Positions 28,335-39,126 of a stretch of 64,000 bases of DNA are shown one piece after another. Below the pieces are notes generated by a model, which did not search any database, was not told the origin of the DNA, and saw only the letters and a list, made by a program, of their open reading frames with translations. How positions within the stretch are numbered: the stretch's first letter is position 1; every line of letters starts with the position of its first letter. The stretch comes from an uncultured Verrucomicrobiae bacterium (GTDB lineage Bacteria > Verrucomicrobiota > Verrucomicrobiia > Chthoniobacterales > UBA10450), in NCBI GenBank assembly GCA_963772365.1, contig CAVYXA010000005.1:160001-224000 (forward strand), given 5' to 3'. Both the position numbers and the translations under genes were made by a program.

Positions 28335-30239
28335 GTGAAGATACAAATCGCAGCGCAGGACCCGTCTATTCGCGACCAGGTCGGAATTGATAAGCTGAAA
28401 GCGAGCCTGAAAAACCATTTCGGTTATTCCGAGTTTCGGCCGTTGCAGGAGGACATTATTCGCGATGCGCTAGCCGGGCGGGATGTTTTTGTGTTGATGC
28501 CGACGGGCGGTGGCAAGTCGCTTTGTTTCCAGTTGCCAGCGTTGATGCGCGATGGGCTGACGATTGTCGTGTCGCCGCTGATTTCGTTGATGAAAGATCA
28601 AGTCGATGCGCTGCAAACGAGCGGGATTGCTGCCACATTCCTGAACTCGACGCTGGATCGACAAGAAGCGACTGCGCGATGGCGTGCGCTGCATCGAGGC
28701 GAGTACCGGATGCTCTATGTCGCACCGGAGCGATTGATGCTCGATACGTTTCTGGAGCGGGCCTTGAATTGGAATATCGCGCAATTCGCCATCGACGAGG
28801 CGCATTGCATCAGCGAGTGGGGCCACGATTTTCGGCCGGAATATCGCGAGCTCAAAAAATTGCACCGACATTTTCCCGATGTGCCGGTGATGGCATTGAC
28901 AGCCACGGCAACCGAACGGGTCCGGGCCGATATCATCAAGCAACTGCAACTGCGCGAACCGCAATGTTACGTGGCCAGTTTCAACCGGGCTAACTTGTCC
29001 TATCGGGTCATTCCCAAATCGGCGCCTTACGAGCAGGTTCTCTCGTTCATACGCGCGCGGCCAAACGAAAGTGCGATTGTTTATTGCGCGAGCAGAAAAG
29101 GCGCCGAATCGCTGGCGCGGAATCTCAATGAAGATGGTGTGAGCACAAAGCCGTATCATGCCGGGCTCACCACAGTTGAACGTACCAAGCATCAGGAGCT
29201 TTTCCTGCGCGACGACGTGCGCGTGATCACGGCCACGATCGCGTTCGGCATGGGTATCAACAAACCGAATGTGCGTTTTGTTGTTCATTACGATCTGCCG
29301 AAAAATCTGGAGAGCTATTATCAGGAGACGGGCCGGGCCGGGCGGGATGGATTACCGAGCGAATGCGTTTTGCTCTTCAGCGCGGCCGACGTGGTGAAGC
29401 AAACGCGCTTTATCGAGGAGAAGAGCGAGAGCGAAGCGCGCATCGCACGGGAACAGCTTCGACAAATGGTGCATTATGCCGAGACGCGGGAATGCCGCCG
29501 GTCCGTGCTTTTGCGCTATTTCGGCGAGGATTACGGGAAGCCATCATGCGACGGATGCGATAATTGTTTAGCACCGCGGGAGACTTTCGACGGGACGATT
29601 CCGGCGCAGAAATTTCTCTCGTGCGTGCATCGGGTATGCGCGAAGAGCGGTTTTGGTTTTGGATTGAATCATGTTGTCGATGTTCTCCGCGGAGCGGACA
29701 CAGAAATGATTCGGCAACGAGAACACAATAAGGTTTCCACTTACGGCATCGGAGGTGATTTGAAGCGGGAAGCATGGCAGGCAATTGGGCGTGAACTGTT
29801 GCGGCTCGGGTTAATTGAGTGCGCGCCCGGCAAGTTCGCGACGTTAACGTTGAGCCAAGCCGGACACGCGGCATTACGCGACCGGACGCAGATTACACTG
29901 ACCAAGCCTGTCGATGTCGCATCGAAACGGGCTCGTGGAAGCGCGGGCTCAATTGAATGCGACGAAGCACTGCTCGAAAGATTACGCGCTTTGCGCCGAA
30001 AGCTTGCCGACGATCGCGATGTGCCGGCCTACCTAATTTTCTCCGACGCCTCGCTGCGGGAAATGGCCAGAAGTTATCCCACTACGAGCAGCGAATTCCG
30101 GCGGGTTCCCGGGGTAGGCGAGCAAAAATTGAGAGATTTTGCCGCGCCGTTTCTTGCTGAGATCGCTCATTACTTGCGAAGGAATCCGAGGCGCGATTTC
30201 AGTCGAGTGCCGGCCAGCGGGAAGCGCGGCATGCGATGA
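28335..30239 (+). CDS. recQ: DNA helicase RecQ
   Basis: MPTGGGKSLCFQ, DEAHCISEWGHDFRP, QETGRAGRDG, Zn-binding cysteines, RQC and HRDC. Confidence 0.97.
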   Translation: MKIQIAAQDPSIRDQVGIDKLKASLKNHFGYSEFRPLQEDIIRDALAGRDVFVLMPTGGGKSLCFQLPALMRDGLTIVVSPLISLMKDQVDALQTSGIAATFLNSTLDRQEATARWRALHRGEYRMLYVAPERLMLDTFLERALNWNIAQFAIDEAHCISEWGHDFRPEYRELKKLHRHFPDVPVMALTATATERVRADIIKQLQLREPQCYVASFNRANLSYRVIPKSAPYEQVLSFIRARPNESAIVYCASRKGAESLARNLNEDGVSTKPYHAGLTTVERTKHQELFLRDDVRVITATIAFGMGINKPNVRFVVHYDLPKNLESYYQETGRAGRDGLPSECVLLFSAADVVKQTRFIEEKSESEARIAREQLRQMVHYAETRECRRSVLLRYFGEDYGKPSCDGCDNCLAPRETFDGTIPAQKFLSCVHRVCAKSGFGFGLNHVVDVLRGADTEMIRQREHNKVSTYGIGGDLKREAWQAIGRELLRLGLIECAPGKFATLTLSQAGHAALRDRTQITLTKPVDVASKRARGSAGSIECDEALLERLRALRRKLADDRDVPAYLIFSDASLREMARSYPTTSSEFRRVPGVGEQKLRDFAAPFLAEIAHYLRRNPRRDFSRVPASGKRGMR

Positions 30240-30241
30240 TG

Positions 30242-30436
30242 TCAGCGCTTTTTCTTTCGGCTTCGGGTTGGTTTACCTTTGCGCTTCGTCTTGGCCATTT
30301 TGCGGAGTTCCTTTTTGTCCATCGATTTGTACATCGATTTTGAAGCGCCCCGAAGTGACGACTTGGATTTCTTCCCGCGCTTGGCGGCGAGCGCCGCACC
30401 GGCGGCCATTTGTTGTTTCTTGGATTTTGCAGGCAT
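30242..30436 (-). CDS. DUF3008 family small basic protein
   Basis: MPAKSKKQQMAAGAALAAKRG...LRGASKSMY. Confidence 0.85.
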   Translation of the reverse strand: MPAKSKKQQMAAGAALAAKRGKKSKSSLRGASKSMYKSMDKKELRKMAKTKRKGKPTRSRKKKR

Positions 30437-30512
30437 ACCCCTGAATCGGATCGGATAGACAATTTGGTTTGCCTGCGATTTCGGCGGAATCGTCGCCGGG
30501 GATCTGCCGTTG

Positions 30513-30734
30513 CTAGCTGATATGAAAGCGGCGCATCAGGTCCTCGCGCGCTTCCATTGCGATCTCTGGATTTAGGCGGCTGAGAATTTTCTCGCGCCTG
30601 TCCGGATCCATGGCAGCGAGATCGCGTACCAACCTGTCGCGTGTTTTCCATTTGGCATAACGACTCCAGCCCACACCGATCGCCAGTAGCGCAGAGATCG
30701 TCCAGACAGCAATGTCAGTTCCAGTGACCGCCAT
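30513..30734 (-). CDS. Small hypothetical membrane protein
   Basis: One TM helix then a charged helical tail; fills the gap between genes. Confidence 0.55.
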   Translation of the reverse strand: MAVTGTDIAVWTISALLAIGVGWSRYAKWKTRDRLVRDLAAMDPDRREKILSRLNPEIAMEAREDLMRRFHIS

Positions 30735-30821
30735 TGTTGAAAGTTTCACTCACGTTGCTGGTCCTTCAACTCCTTCAGAAGGCACGCAAATAATCGATCG
30801 GGCACGAATTCTCGTACAACT

Positions 30822-31745
30822 ATGAGTACTTACGGGAAAAATGGCGGCAGTAATCAACGGCTTGAAGGGAAAGTGGCGATCATCACGGGGGCCGGCACTG
30901 GGATCGGTGAAGCGATTGCACATAAGTTTGCCAAAGAAGGCGCAGCCGTGATGGTTTGTGGATTAAAGAGCGATCCGGTGGAGGATGTCGCGGAAGCGAT
31001 CCGCAAGAATGGAGGCGAAGCGGTTGCTTTTGGAGGCGATATTTCCGAAGAAGAAACAGCAAAGGAGTGCGTCGATCTTGCGATTCAGAAATTGAAACGG
31101 CTCGATGTGCTCGTAAATAATGCCGGCGTGTTCCTCGATAACGCAATGACCGAAGATTATCCGATCGAGGATTTTGATCTCACAGTGCGAATGAATATCC
31201 GTTCCGCCTTCATGATGACGCGGTTCGCCTTGCCTCATTTGCAAAAGACGCAGGGCAACATCGTTTCGGCCGGTTCGGAATCGGGCATGATCGGTCTTGC
31301 TCAAAACACAACTTACGGCGGAACGAAGGGATGGATGCATGCATTCATGCGCGGCGTGGCGGTTGAACAGGCCCAAAACGGAGTGCGGGCGAATTGTGTT
31401 TGCCCGGGACCGATCGATACCGCATGGACCCACAAGGAAACCGGACCGATGGACAAGCAAATGGAAAAGAGCCTGGTGCAGGCGACTCCATTAGCCCGTC
31501 GTGGCACGCCGGAGGAAGTGGCCAACATTTACGCTTTTCTCGCTTCCGATGAGGCGAGCTATGTGACCGGCGCGCTCTGGACTGTCGATGGTGGAACCAC
31601 CGTCGCCAAGGGTCCGGTAGGCGATCTCGTTCCGGAATCGCGGCGCAAGGAACCGAAAGGCAAGCTCCGGCTTGAACATTCCCTGGACGGTCTGCGCAAC
31701 AAAGAAACCCATCGGATAAAGCCGACCAAGAAAGAAGCTGCCTGA
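30822..31745 (+). CDS. SDR family oxidoreductase
   Basis: TGAGTGIG, NNAG, YGGTK, CPGPIDT, VDGG. Confidence 0.95.
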   Translation: MSTYGKNGGSNQRLEGKVAIITGAGTGIGEAIAHKFAKEGAAVMVCGLKSDPVEDVAEAIRKNGGEAVAFGGDISEEETAKECVDLAIQKLKRLDVLVNNAGVFLDNAMTEDYPIEDFDLTVRMNIRSAFMMTRFALPHLQKTQGNIVSAGSESGMIGLAQNTTYGGTKGWMHAFMRGVAVEQAQNGVRANCVCPGPIDTAWTHKETGPMDKQMEKSLVQATPLARRGTPEEVANIYAFLASDEASYVTGALWTVDGGTTVAKGPVGDLVPESRRKEPKGKLRLEHSLDGLRNKETHRIKPTKKEAA

Positions 31746-31761
31746 CAGCGCGGGCGAAACA

Positions 31762-32679
31762 TTAATGGCCGGACGGCTGCGAAATAGCGTCCGGATGATA
31801 TTTTCGCCAGTAGCGGATTGATGCGGCGACTGCCATGTAACTCGGGTCGGCGGCTTCGTAACCTTGTACATCACTCTCGCTCGCGCCGGCTGCACGCAGT
31901 TCCGAATGTTCGAGTTTGGCGAATGTCGATCCTAGTTTCGCTTCGTCATCGCCGTCGCGGATTCTCTGGCGGAACCATTCCGACCAGCGAATGACCCGCT
32001 CGTCGACAGCATCGAGATGGTCATTGATCGATCCAGGAATTTTTCCAAAATGCGGCAGATACAGGTGCGCAGCATTCAGGGCGCGGATTTTCCGGATCGA
32101 GTCGCGCCACGATTCAACATGCAACTCAGGTGGAACAAACGGCGGAATCGGCGGGCCATTGCCGATGCGGACTCCCGCAATATCCCCGCCGAACACGACA
32201 TCCTCCCAATGATAAACATGATGATGACTGGCATGGCCGGGAGTTGCGATGGCGCGAATTTCGAAAGGCGCGATGTGCACGGTATCGTTGTCCTCCAGAA
32301 TCTTTACGCATTCGGCTGGAACTGGCGCAATTTTTCCCCAAAGTCGGTCCATCTCGTCACCAAAAATGCGCGTGGCCGATTCAATTAGCTTTCCCGGATC
32401 GATTAAGTGCGGCGCCCCTCGCGGATGAACGTAAATTGTCGATCCTAGCTCGGCGAAGCGCCATGCCGCCCCGGCGTGATCGAAATGGATGTGACTAACA
32501 AAGACGTGACGAACGTCCTCGGGTGCAAAACCAATCTTGCCAAGATCGACAGCGACATTGTCAAAAGTCGATTCCGGGCCGGAATCGAAAAGAGCAATCC
32601 CGTCATTTATCTCCAGCGCAGTCGCGGCGATGATGCCGGGGTGGCCGAGCTGGCGGGTATCTAGGACGTGAATTTTCAA
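31762..32679 (-). CDS. MBL-fold metallo-hydrolase; start uncertain
   Basis: SHIHFDHAGA, TPGHASHH, GDIAG, PHFG. Confidence 0.9.
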   Translation of the reverse strand: MKIHVLDTRQLGHPGIIAATALEINDGIALFDSGPESTFDNVAVDLGKIGFAPEDVRHVFVSHIHFDHAGAAWRFAELGSTIYVHPRGAPHLIDPGKLIESATRIFGDEMDRLWGKIAPVPAECVKILEDNDTVHIAPFEIRAIATPGHASHHHVYHWEDVVFGGDIAGVRIGNGPPIPPFVPPELHVESWRDSIRKIRALNAAHLYLPHFGKIPGSINDHLDAVDERVIRWSEWFRQRIRDGDDEAKLGSTFAKLEHSELRAAGASESDVQGYEAADPSYMAVAASIRYWRKYHPDAISQPSGH

Positions 32680-32797
32680 ACGGTAAGGGTTTCGTTCCCC
32701 AGCAACGATGTACGCCGCCTTGGAAATGCGCAAACCCCGTGGGCTCTTGGCGTTCGCCTACGGTCAATCCATTCGCCTCAACTGTGCAGACGTCTCA

Positions 32798-33394
32798 TCA
32801 GGCGGTCTGTGAAGCGCGCCTGCCCAGAGTGAGTGCTGCGATAATGCCAACGATCAGGAAACCGATAATTTGTATAAACATGTAGGCGGCGGTGTATCGC
32901 TTCGGGAAACCGTACCAATTGCAATACGAAACATTGGTAGCGATCGCGGCCAAAACGCCGGCCCAAAAAACGAAAGCAACGCGGCCAAAAAAACTCTCGA
33001 TTCGCGTCTGAGCCAGGAGAAAAACGACGATGAGTGCTTCGATAAGTTCCGTGACGAACTCGATACCGAGTAATTTGCCGAATACGAAGTGCCGGGTCGG
33101 ATGATAAAGCAAAAGCCCCGACGGACCGGTGCCGGCTTTACCCATGGCGAGTTTCATTGCCTCCTGCTTTTCCTGACGTGAGGCATTTGGGCCAGCTTTG
33201 TATCCGGGAAAAGCGTAAAGGCCTTGGGCGTCGCCGAGATTCGTCTTCATGGCGTCGAGCATTGGCGCTTCGGCGTCAGTTCGGAACTGACGGATCCCGA
33301 TCTCGCCCAGAGGCAGCAAATCGTGAGCAATGAAACTCCAGATGAACATGCCAATGGCGCTCAAAATACCAGCCAGAATGATGCGTGTTGTCAT
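32798..33394 (-). CDS. Hypothetical integral membrane protein
   Basis: Four hydrophobic helices; GGAGG RBS upstream. Confidence 0.8.
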   Translation of the reverse strand: MTTRIILAGILSAIGMFIWSFIAHDLLPLGEIGIRQFRTDAEAPMLDAMKTNLGDAQGLYAFPGYKAGPNASRQEKQEAMKLAMGKAGTGPSGLLLYHPTRHFVFGKLLGIEFVTELIEALIVVFLLAQTRIESFFGRVAFVFWAGVLAAIATNVSYCNWYGFPKRYTAAYMFIQIIGFLIVGIIAALTLGRRASQTA

Positions 33395-33477
33395 AAGTAC
33401 CTCCGATTCAAAGGGCAGGAATTATGAACAGGAAAGGCTACCCGGGGGAAGCTAAAAATGATGATCCGGAACCGGAC

Positions 33478-33849
33478 CTATTTCCTAAAATCAAGCGCGC
33501 CTTTCCTGAGGGCGTAAATGTATCCCACCGTCAGGATCGAGATGAAGCTCAGCATGCTCCAGAAAATCAGAGTCCCGTGCTTGATCGCGTCGCGATAGAC
33601 GACGGCCCACGGATACATGAAAACAATTTCGAGGTCGAACAGGATAAAAAGCATCGCCACCAAATAAAACTTCACGCTGAAGCGCGGTTGCGCTTCACCC
33701 TGCGGGATCATGCCGCATTCGTAAGCAGTATCTTTGGCCCGGCTCCGTTTCCCGCTCTTGCCGACCAGCACACTGACAAGTAACGCGCTTCCCGCAAAGC
33801 CGATCGCTACCAGGATCTGCAACAGAATCGGCAGATACTCGTGGAGCAT
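33478..33849 (-). CDS. nuoA: NADH-quinone oxidoreductase subunit A
   Basis: YECG, FSVKFYLVAMLFILFDLE, YPWAV. Confidence 0.96.
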   Translation of the reverse strand: MLHEYLPILLQILVAIGFAGSALLVSVLVGKSGKRSRAKDTAYECGMIPQGEAQPRFSVKFYLVAMLFILFDLEIVFMYPWAVVYRDAIKHGTLIFWSMLSFISILTVGYIYALRKGALDFRK

Positions 33850-33893
33850 AGCGGTTTTCCTTAAAACCGGTCAGGACGGCGTTCCGTCAACTA

Positions 33894-34208
33894 CTATTTC
33901 GCCCCTGCCGGGACATGCCCGTTTTGGGGCGCAATCGCAGCTGCCAGGGCTGAAGGAAGACCTTTATATTTCTTGCCATTCTTTTTGACCGCTCCACGTG
34001 CTACGAGGTTTTGCAATTTTTCGTAAGCGCGCAGGCGCAGCATTTCCTCACCGCCGCTGGCGGCATTTCGTGCCCTCAGGTTTTCGTGGACGATGTCGAA
34101 GAGTTGCTTGAACTCGAAGGAGGCGCGCCTGGAAAGCACCGCCACAAGTTCCTCGGTAACAAGGTCCGGGACGCGACGGGAAAACGCATTTTTCTTAAGA
34201 ATAGCCAT
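33894..34208 (-). CDS. Small basic hypothetical protein, possibly winged-helix
   Basis: GGEEMLRLRAYEKLQNLVARGAVKK; co-oriented with nuoA. Confidence 0.7.
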   Translation of the reverse strand: MAILKKNAFSRRVPDLVTEELVAVLSRRASFEFKQLFDIVHENLRARNAASGGEEMLRLRAYEKLQNLVARGAVKKNGKKYKGLPSALAAAIAPQNGHVPAGAK

Positions 34209-34320
34209 AGGGGCAGAAGAATAACACATTTTGGCCGGTTAGCAGCACTTTTCTTTTGTCAGTTGCCAGTAGGCGAAGAGGGTCGAAATGACCCTGTCTC
34301 CGCTCTGGGAGCGTCTGTGT

Positions 34321-36099
34321 TTACGGCGTTACGGTAGGGCTCGGAGAAGGCGTCGGAGTGGGTAAACTCCTGTTGGTCGTCCCAAGATATTTAGCAGCGC
34401 CTTTCGCCTCATTTGCGACCGCAATGCTAGCGATGGCTAAGCCGAGCGTTGCCTGACCTAATGTCACCGGGCCGGCCGACTCGGTGACGTAACCATCATG
34501 ATCATATCTTTGGGAGGAAACGATCGGGCTAAGGTGTCTTGTGACGACTTCCGTTTCCGGAAACTTGGCAAGATCGACATACTCATTGACATCGCGCATA
34601 AATGCCGCAGCCATCAATAACAACGGACGAAATGTCGTATCCAGCCGCGTATATAGCAGTTGAGTATCGAGGTAGGCGAAAAAATTGGTGGGCGTGGGAA
34701 CGGAACGAGCGGTCGTTTTGTATCTGTCTTGCTTTGCCAGTTGCGACGTCGAATCGCGGCTGCGTTTGATCGCATCCTCGACCGAAGTTGAATCAAGGCC
34801 GAGAATGAAAAGCCGGTCCGACAAAGCAATCGTCGGCTGAATGGCTATGAGCGTAGCGGGAGATTGCATCGAAAAATAGCGCACGCCTTCTTTTTCAGTT
34901 CGGTTCCAGGATGAATCTTCATCTACGCGCAGAAGGGCGTCGACGATTTTGGTGGCCTTCTTCGGATCGAGCACCGGCAATGTAATCAGGAGCGACGGAA
35001 AACGGGTATTCTCTGGCCAATCTGCTAATGCTCCCAGCTCGAGACCGAATGCCATTTTCCAATCCTGAGCCGTAATGCCATTTTGGGCGAAAGTTTGAAA
35101 TAGCTTTTGCAGCCGATCGCCGAGACCTGGCGCCTGGCTGAGGATGTCGATCTTTTCGCCCAGGTTAAGCAGGCTCGCGAGATACAAAAACGTGTTAGTG
35201 GTTCCCAGCGCCAAAGACGATTCAGTCAGCGCAGGCATCTGCTGGACCTTGGGCAGTCCCAGAAAGAGCGTGTCGTGAATCTTGCCGCCGTCGAAACGAA
35301 TCGCGCCGCAAACGCTCCGAATTTGCTCGATCAGCGTGCGCTGGGCCGGACTAACTGGGGAACCGACAACCGCTCGAAGCTCTTGTAATTGCCGGGCGAA
35401 TGTTTTGGGTTGTAGATAAAAAACTGCCGAATACGTCGAGGGCATATGCGCCATGGCTGCGCGATACGCCTCGCTAGCTTCCAGCGTCGTTTCCCGGTCG
35501 CGCTTTCGTTGATCGACTCGATCCAGTAAAGTTTTCAGTTCTGCAAGATCGTTACCGGTGAAAAACCACTGGCCATCAAAAGCCGAGAGTAACGTGAAAG
35601 CCTCCACTTTGAGACTGTCGATCCTGTGCCGCTCGTACTGGATTGTTTCTCGGTTCGCGACGGAACTATTCGCCAGAAGCTTGCCCCGCCACTTTTCGAT
35701 AAATGTTTCTGCGGTCTTGTGACTTTCGCGAAAATGAAATCCGGCAGCGAAAGTGAGATTGCTTTGGTCAACGCGGGTCAAGGCGAAAAAGAGATCTCTC
35801 GCGCCAAGTTGGCCGAGTTCCTGAAAAGCCTCGGAAGCATCGTTTTTTCTAGGAAGTTGCGAGAGCGGTTTGCGCAAGAAATCCTGCACAGCAGGCTCGC
35901 GATACAGTTGGCAAAGATCGGATTGATGCCAACGGTCGCGGGTCCGATTAAAGTCCTGTACGTGAAACAGAAAAACAGTCTGGCGGGGCAGGATCCCGCT
36001 CACCGCCGCGGCCGGAACTATTTGGCTGAGTCGGAATAGGTACCAGGCGACAGCTCCCACGACGACGATCGCTGCCACTCCCCACAAAATTCGTTTCAT
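34321..36099 (-). CDS. Membrane-anchored hypothetical protein
   Basis: 592-aa ORF with N-terminal TM and Pro/Thr tail. Confidence 0.8.
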   Translation of the reverse strand: MKRILWGVAAIVVVGAVAWYLFRLSQIVPAAAVSGILPRQTVFLFHVQDFNRTRDRWHQSDLCQLYREPAVQDFLRKPLSQLPRKNDASEAFQELGQLGARDLFFALTRVDQSNLTFAAGFHFRESHKTAETFIEKWRGKLLANSSVANRETIQYERHRIDSLKVEAFTLLSAFDGQWFFTGNDLAELKTLLDRVDQRKRDRETTLEASEAYRAAMAHMPSTYSAVFYLQPKTFARQLQELRAVVGSPVSPAQRTLIEQIRSVCGAIRFDGGKIHDTLFLGLPKVQQMPALTESSLALGTTNTFLYLASLLNLGEKIDILSQAPGLGDRLQKLFQTFAQNGITAQDWKMAFGLELGALADWPENTRFPSLLITLPVLDPKKATKIVDALLRVDEDSSWNRTEKEGVRYFSMQSPATLIAIQPTIALSDRLFILGLDSTSVEDAIKRSRDSTSQLAKQDRYKTTARSVPTPTNFFAYLDTQLLYTRLDTTFRPLLLMAAAFMRDVNEYVDLAKFPETEVVTRHLSPIVSSQRYDHDGYVTESAGPVTLGQATLGLAIASIAVANEAKGAAKYLGTTNRSLPTPTPSPSPTVTP

Positions 36100-36146
36100 G
36101 AGTCAGGGATGCTAGATGCTGGCTGGTCAATGGCAAACCAGAACCC

Positions 36147-37049
36147 CTATGCGCGCGGATGAAATCGATGGTGAACAGCTTTCAGGCGCTGTTGATCGAC
36201 ATGAGTGTAAACCTGGGTCGTGGAAATATCGGCATGCCCCAGCATTTCCTGGATGATTCGCAGATCCGCGCCATTGCCGAGCAGATGCGTGGCGAAACTG
36301 TGCCGAAGCAAATGCGGATAGATGTTTTTTTCCAAACCCGACCGGCTAGCGTATTTCTTAACGATTTGCCAAATCCGGACAGTAGTGAGTTTTGCGCCTC
36401 GCTCGGACAGAAAAATTTGTGTACCACTTCGGCGCTTTACCAGTTTCGGGCGTTCAGTGGACAGATAAGCCGCAACGGCTTCCGCGGCTTTTCGACCTAC
36501 GGGAACCAGGCGCGTCTTGTTTCCTTTTCCGGTCACGCGCAGAATTCGCTCTTCCGAATCAAAATTTTCCAGCCTGGCGTTCGACAGCTCCGAAATGCGC
36601 AATCCGCTGGCGTAAAGCAGTTCGACCATGGCCCGGTCGCGTAGACCGAGAGTTGTTTTGGTATCGATGCTTTCAATCAACTGCTCCACCTGCAATTCAT
36701 TCAAAGTCTCCGGCAAATAACGCTCGATTCGGGGAAGGGCGACCGCTTCGGTGGGGTCGCGTTCCACATCTCCTTTGCCGAGTAGAAAGCGAAAGAAAAT
36801 CTTGAGCGCGACGACAATCAATTTTATGGAAGCCGCGGAAAGTCCTCCGCGCTTCCGATCGGCAAGATATTCGCTGACGAGCGGCAAAGTCACGGCTCGA
36901 GCATTGTCGATCTTCTTTTTCGACCGACACCAGCGCGCGAATTCGCTCAATGACCGTTGGGTCGAAAGCTGATAATTTTCGGAGAGACCGCGTTCGACGG
37001 CGAGATAGCGAATAAACGTATCGATCGCCTGCTCCACGGAGTGCACCAT
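36147..37049 (-). CDS. xerD: Site-specific tyrosine recombinase XerD-like
   Basis: ERGLSEN, LPETL, RDRAMVELLYASGLRISEL, GKGNKTR, HLLRHSFATHLL, LGHADISTTQVY. Confidence 0.85.
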   Translation of the reverse strand: MVHSVEQAIDTFIRYLAVERGLSENYQLSTQRSLSEFARWCRSKKKIDNARAVTLPLVSEYLADRKRGGLSAASIKLIVVALKIFFRFLLGKGDVERDPTEAVALPRIERYLPETLNELQVEQLIESIDTKTTLGLRDRAMVELLYASGLRISELSNARLENFDSEERILRVTGKGNKTRLVPVGRKAAEAVAAYLSTERPKLVKRRSGTQIFLSERGAKLTTVRIWQIVKKYASRSGLEKNIYPHLLRHSFATHLLGNGADLRIIQEMLGHADISTTQVYTHVDQQRLKAVHHRFHPRA

Positions 37050-37149
37050 GCCGCATCGAGCATTGTCGATCAACAAATTGGCCCGGAAATTGTCTGATCT
37101 GCAGAGTTATTGACAACTCAACGTTAAATGTCGGATGCTTTAAACCGGG

Positions 37150-37896
37150 ATGAGTCTGGATCTAAACACGATTCTGAGGGATTGGCCGCACGAGAACGGG
37201 AAAATTAAGGTGCGCAAAATTGTTGGGCTGGATGGCCGCGAGAAGTTGCAATTGCGGATTGATCTCGGAGTTTTGCAAATGGAGTTGATCGGGCGTCCGG
37301 ACGGAGTTCGACCGCACGGATGTGAATCGCTCCTGGAATATCATCAAACGCGTGCGGAACAGGCGTTGAAACGCGGAGAAAATTATCAACTCACGATGGA
37401 GCAATGCGCGGAACTGCAACAGGAAGGGATCCAATATTACCATCGATATCTGAGTCTGTTCCAGATCAACGATTTCCCCAGTGTTGTGCGCGACACGCAA
37501 CGAAACCTCGATCTGTTCGATTTCGTGGCGGAACATACAGACCGCGAAGAGCTAAGCTGGAACCTGCAACAATTCCGGCCTTATGTGCTGATGATGAACA
37601 CGCGCGCCAAAGCTTCCATTCTGCTCGCTCAAGGGAAATTTCCGGAAGCAATGCGTGAGATCCAAGCCGGACGCGATACGATTGCGGGTTTTTTCGAGCA
37701 ATCGAATTTCCCCGAGCTGGTCTCGAAAAGTTCTGAGATCGCGTTTCTGGACGAATGGCTGGAGGAAGTCAGGGCCAAACGCCCGCTCTCGAAGCTGGAG
37801 ATCATGGAGCGCGAAATGGAGACGGCCATAGCCAAGGAACTCTACGAGCGCGCCGCTGAGCTGCGCGACGCCATCCGGCTCCTGAAAAAGGCCTGA
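37150..37896 (+). CDS. UvrB/UvrC motif-containing protein
   Basis: KLQLRIDLGVLQME.GRPDG N-terminus; C-terminal ELYERAAELRDAI UVR motif. Confidence 0.85.
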   Translation: MSLDLNTILRDWPHENGKIKVRKIVGLDGREKLQLRIDLGVLQMELIGRPDGVRPHGCESLLEYHQTRAEQALKRGENYQLTMEQCAELQQEGIQYYHRYLSLFQINDFPSVVRDTQRNLDLFDFVAEHTDREELSWNLQQFRPYVLMMNTRAKASILLAQGKFPEAMREIQAGRDTIAGFFEQSNFPELVSKSSEIAFLDEWLEEVRAKRPLSKLEIMEREMETAIAKELYERAAELRDAIRLLKKA

Positions 37897-38030
37897 TTTT
37901 CGAGCCAGTCCACCGCTCGTTCCTCCAAGTCCTGTCGACTTGGTTATTTTGTGCTTGCTATTTGTTAACGGCGGTCGCAAACCGGAACCGATCTATGATC
38001 AGTGCCAATTCGGCCTAGGAGGCTACTACT

Positions 38031-38475
38031 ATGAACCGATTTCTAATCGCGATTTTAGCTTTGGTTGGGATCAGTATCGTACCTGTCCGCTTTTACTCTA
38101 ATCAGGGTATCTAAGCCACAAACGGGACCGACCATATCGAAGGACTCCCCGGTTACTATCAAACTTACCTGCGATGACCAAAAGCTCGTCAAAATTAAGA
38201 ATGGTGGTGATCCAAAAACAATTGCGAGCTTCGAATCTCTTTTGGACAAGGTCCAAACTTCTAACGGCACCAACGATGACTCGTCGGTGACAATAAAATA
38301 TTACGACGGAACCCAATGGTTGCAGGTAGATGGACCCCCGTTTGCCGGGAAGACACCTGTGCCGATCCAACAACCTGCTAGTATGCACGTCACCCAACGA
38401 TTAACTTTCAACAACCTGGCCGATATGCAGGCGGTGCTGGACCAGATCGAAGGTCCTCCACCCTCCTGCCCATAA
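38031..38475 (+). CDS. Secreted hypothetical protein; one extra base near 38066-38069 separates the signal peptide from the body
   Basis: AGGAGG RBS at 38017; MNRFLIAILALVG joins SVSYLSA-FTL... if one G is removed. Confidence 0.65.
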
Positions 38476-38529
38476 ATAGTACAGGAAATTGCGACATCGG
38501 ACCTTCGCAATTTTAAACGGGCATTCTCG

Positions 38530-39126
38530 GTGCGCTTTTATAAGTCTTGGTTCGTTCTCCATTTTCTCTTTGTCGCTATGATCTGTTGCCGTGAGGCATT
38601 TTGGGTAATTGCGCATACATCGACAATTGTTCCGAACTATTTGGTCAGGCTCGTAGACGAAGCTGAACCGGTTGTAGCTGCGGCGGTCGGGCAGAGAATG
38701 AACTATTCGAATCCGATTCGCCGCGGCCTTTTCACGTATTTCCACTTCGCGGGAATCGATCACGGCTATGGCTATTTTGCGCCGAATATCCCCGGCAGCT
38801 ATAAGCTTGTGTTCGAGCTTCGTTATGCTGGCGGCCGGACAGAATACGAGCTGCCTTGCCTGAAAAGCTACCAGGGTGATTTAACTCTTTCCACGTTGCT
38901 GGATACAGTTGGTCGGTCAGAATCCGAGCGGCTGCGCGCCTATCTGATTCGCGGTCTCGTCCGTTCGATTTGGCAGAAGCATCCGGATGCGAATTCGATC
39001 CGGGCTATTCTTGGTGTGAGCACCTTGCCCACGATGGAGCAATTCCGAAACGGCCAGCGAGCGTCCTACCAGTTTTTGCATGCGTATGACTTCAATCGCT
39101 CCCAGATATCCGCAGCCGCTAATTAG
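38530..39126 (+). CDS. SdpA/DUF5819-like membrane-anchored protein
   Basis: N-terminal TM with H; GYGYFAPN resembles the W-x-F-F-A-P motif; directly upstream of an HTTM gene. Confidence 0.6.
   Translation: MRFYKSWFVLHFLFVAMICCREAFWVIAHTSTIVPNYLVRLVDEAEPVVAAAVGQRMNYSNPIRRGLFTYFHFAGIDHGYGYFAPNIPGSYKLVFELRYAGGRTEYELPCLKSYQGDLTLSTLLDTVGRSESERLRAYLIRGLVRSIWQKHPDANSIRAILGVSTLPTMEQFRNGQRASYQFLHAYDFNRSQISAAAN

Noticed and set aside
36147..37049. Tyrosine recombinase as a prophage or island integrase
   Set aside because: XerD-like sequence and size; no tRNA, att repeats or phage genes nearby.
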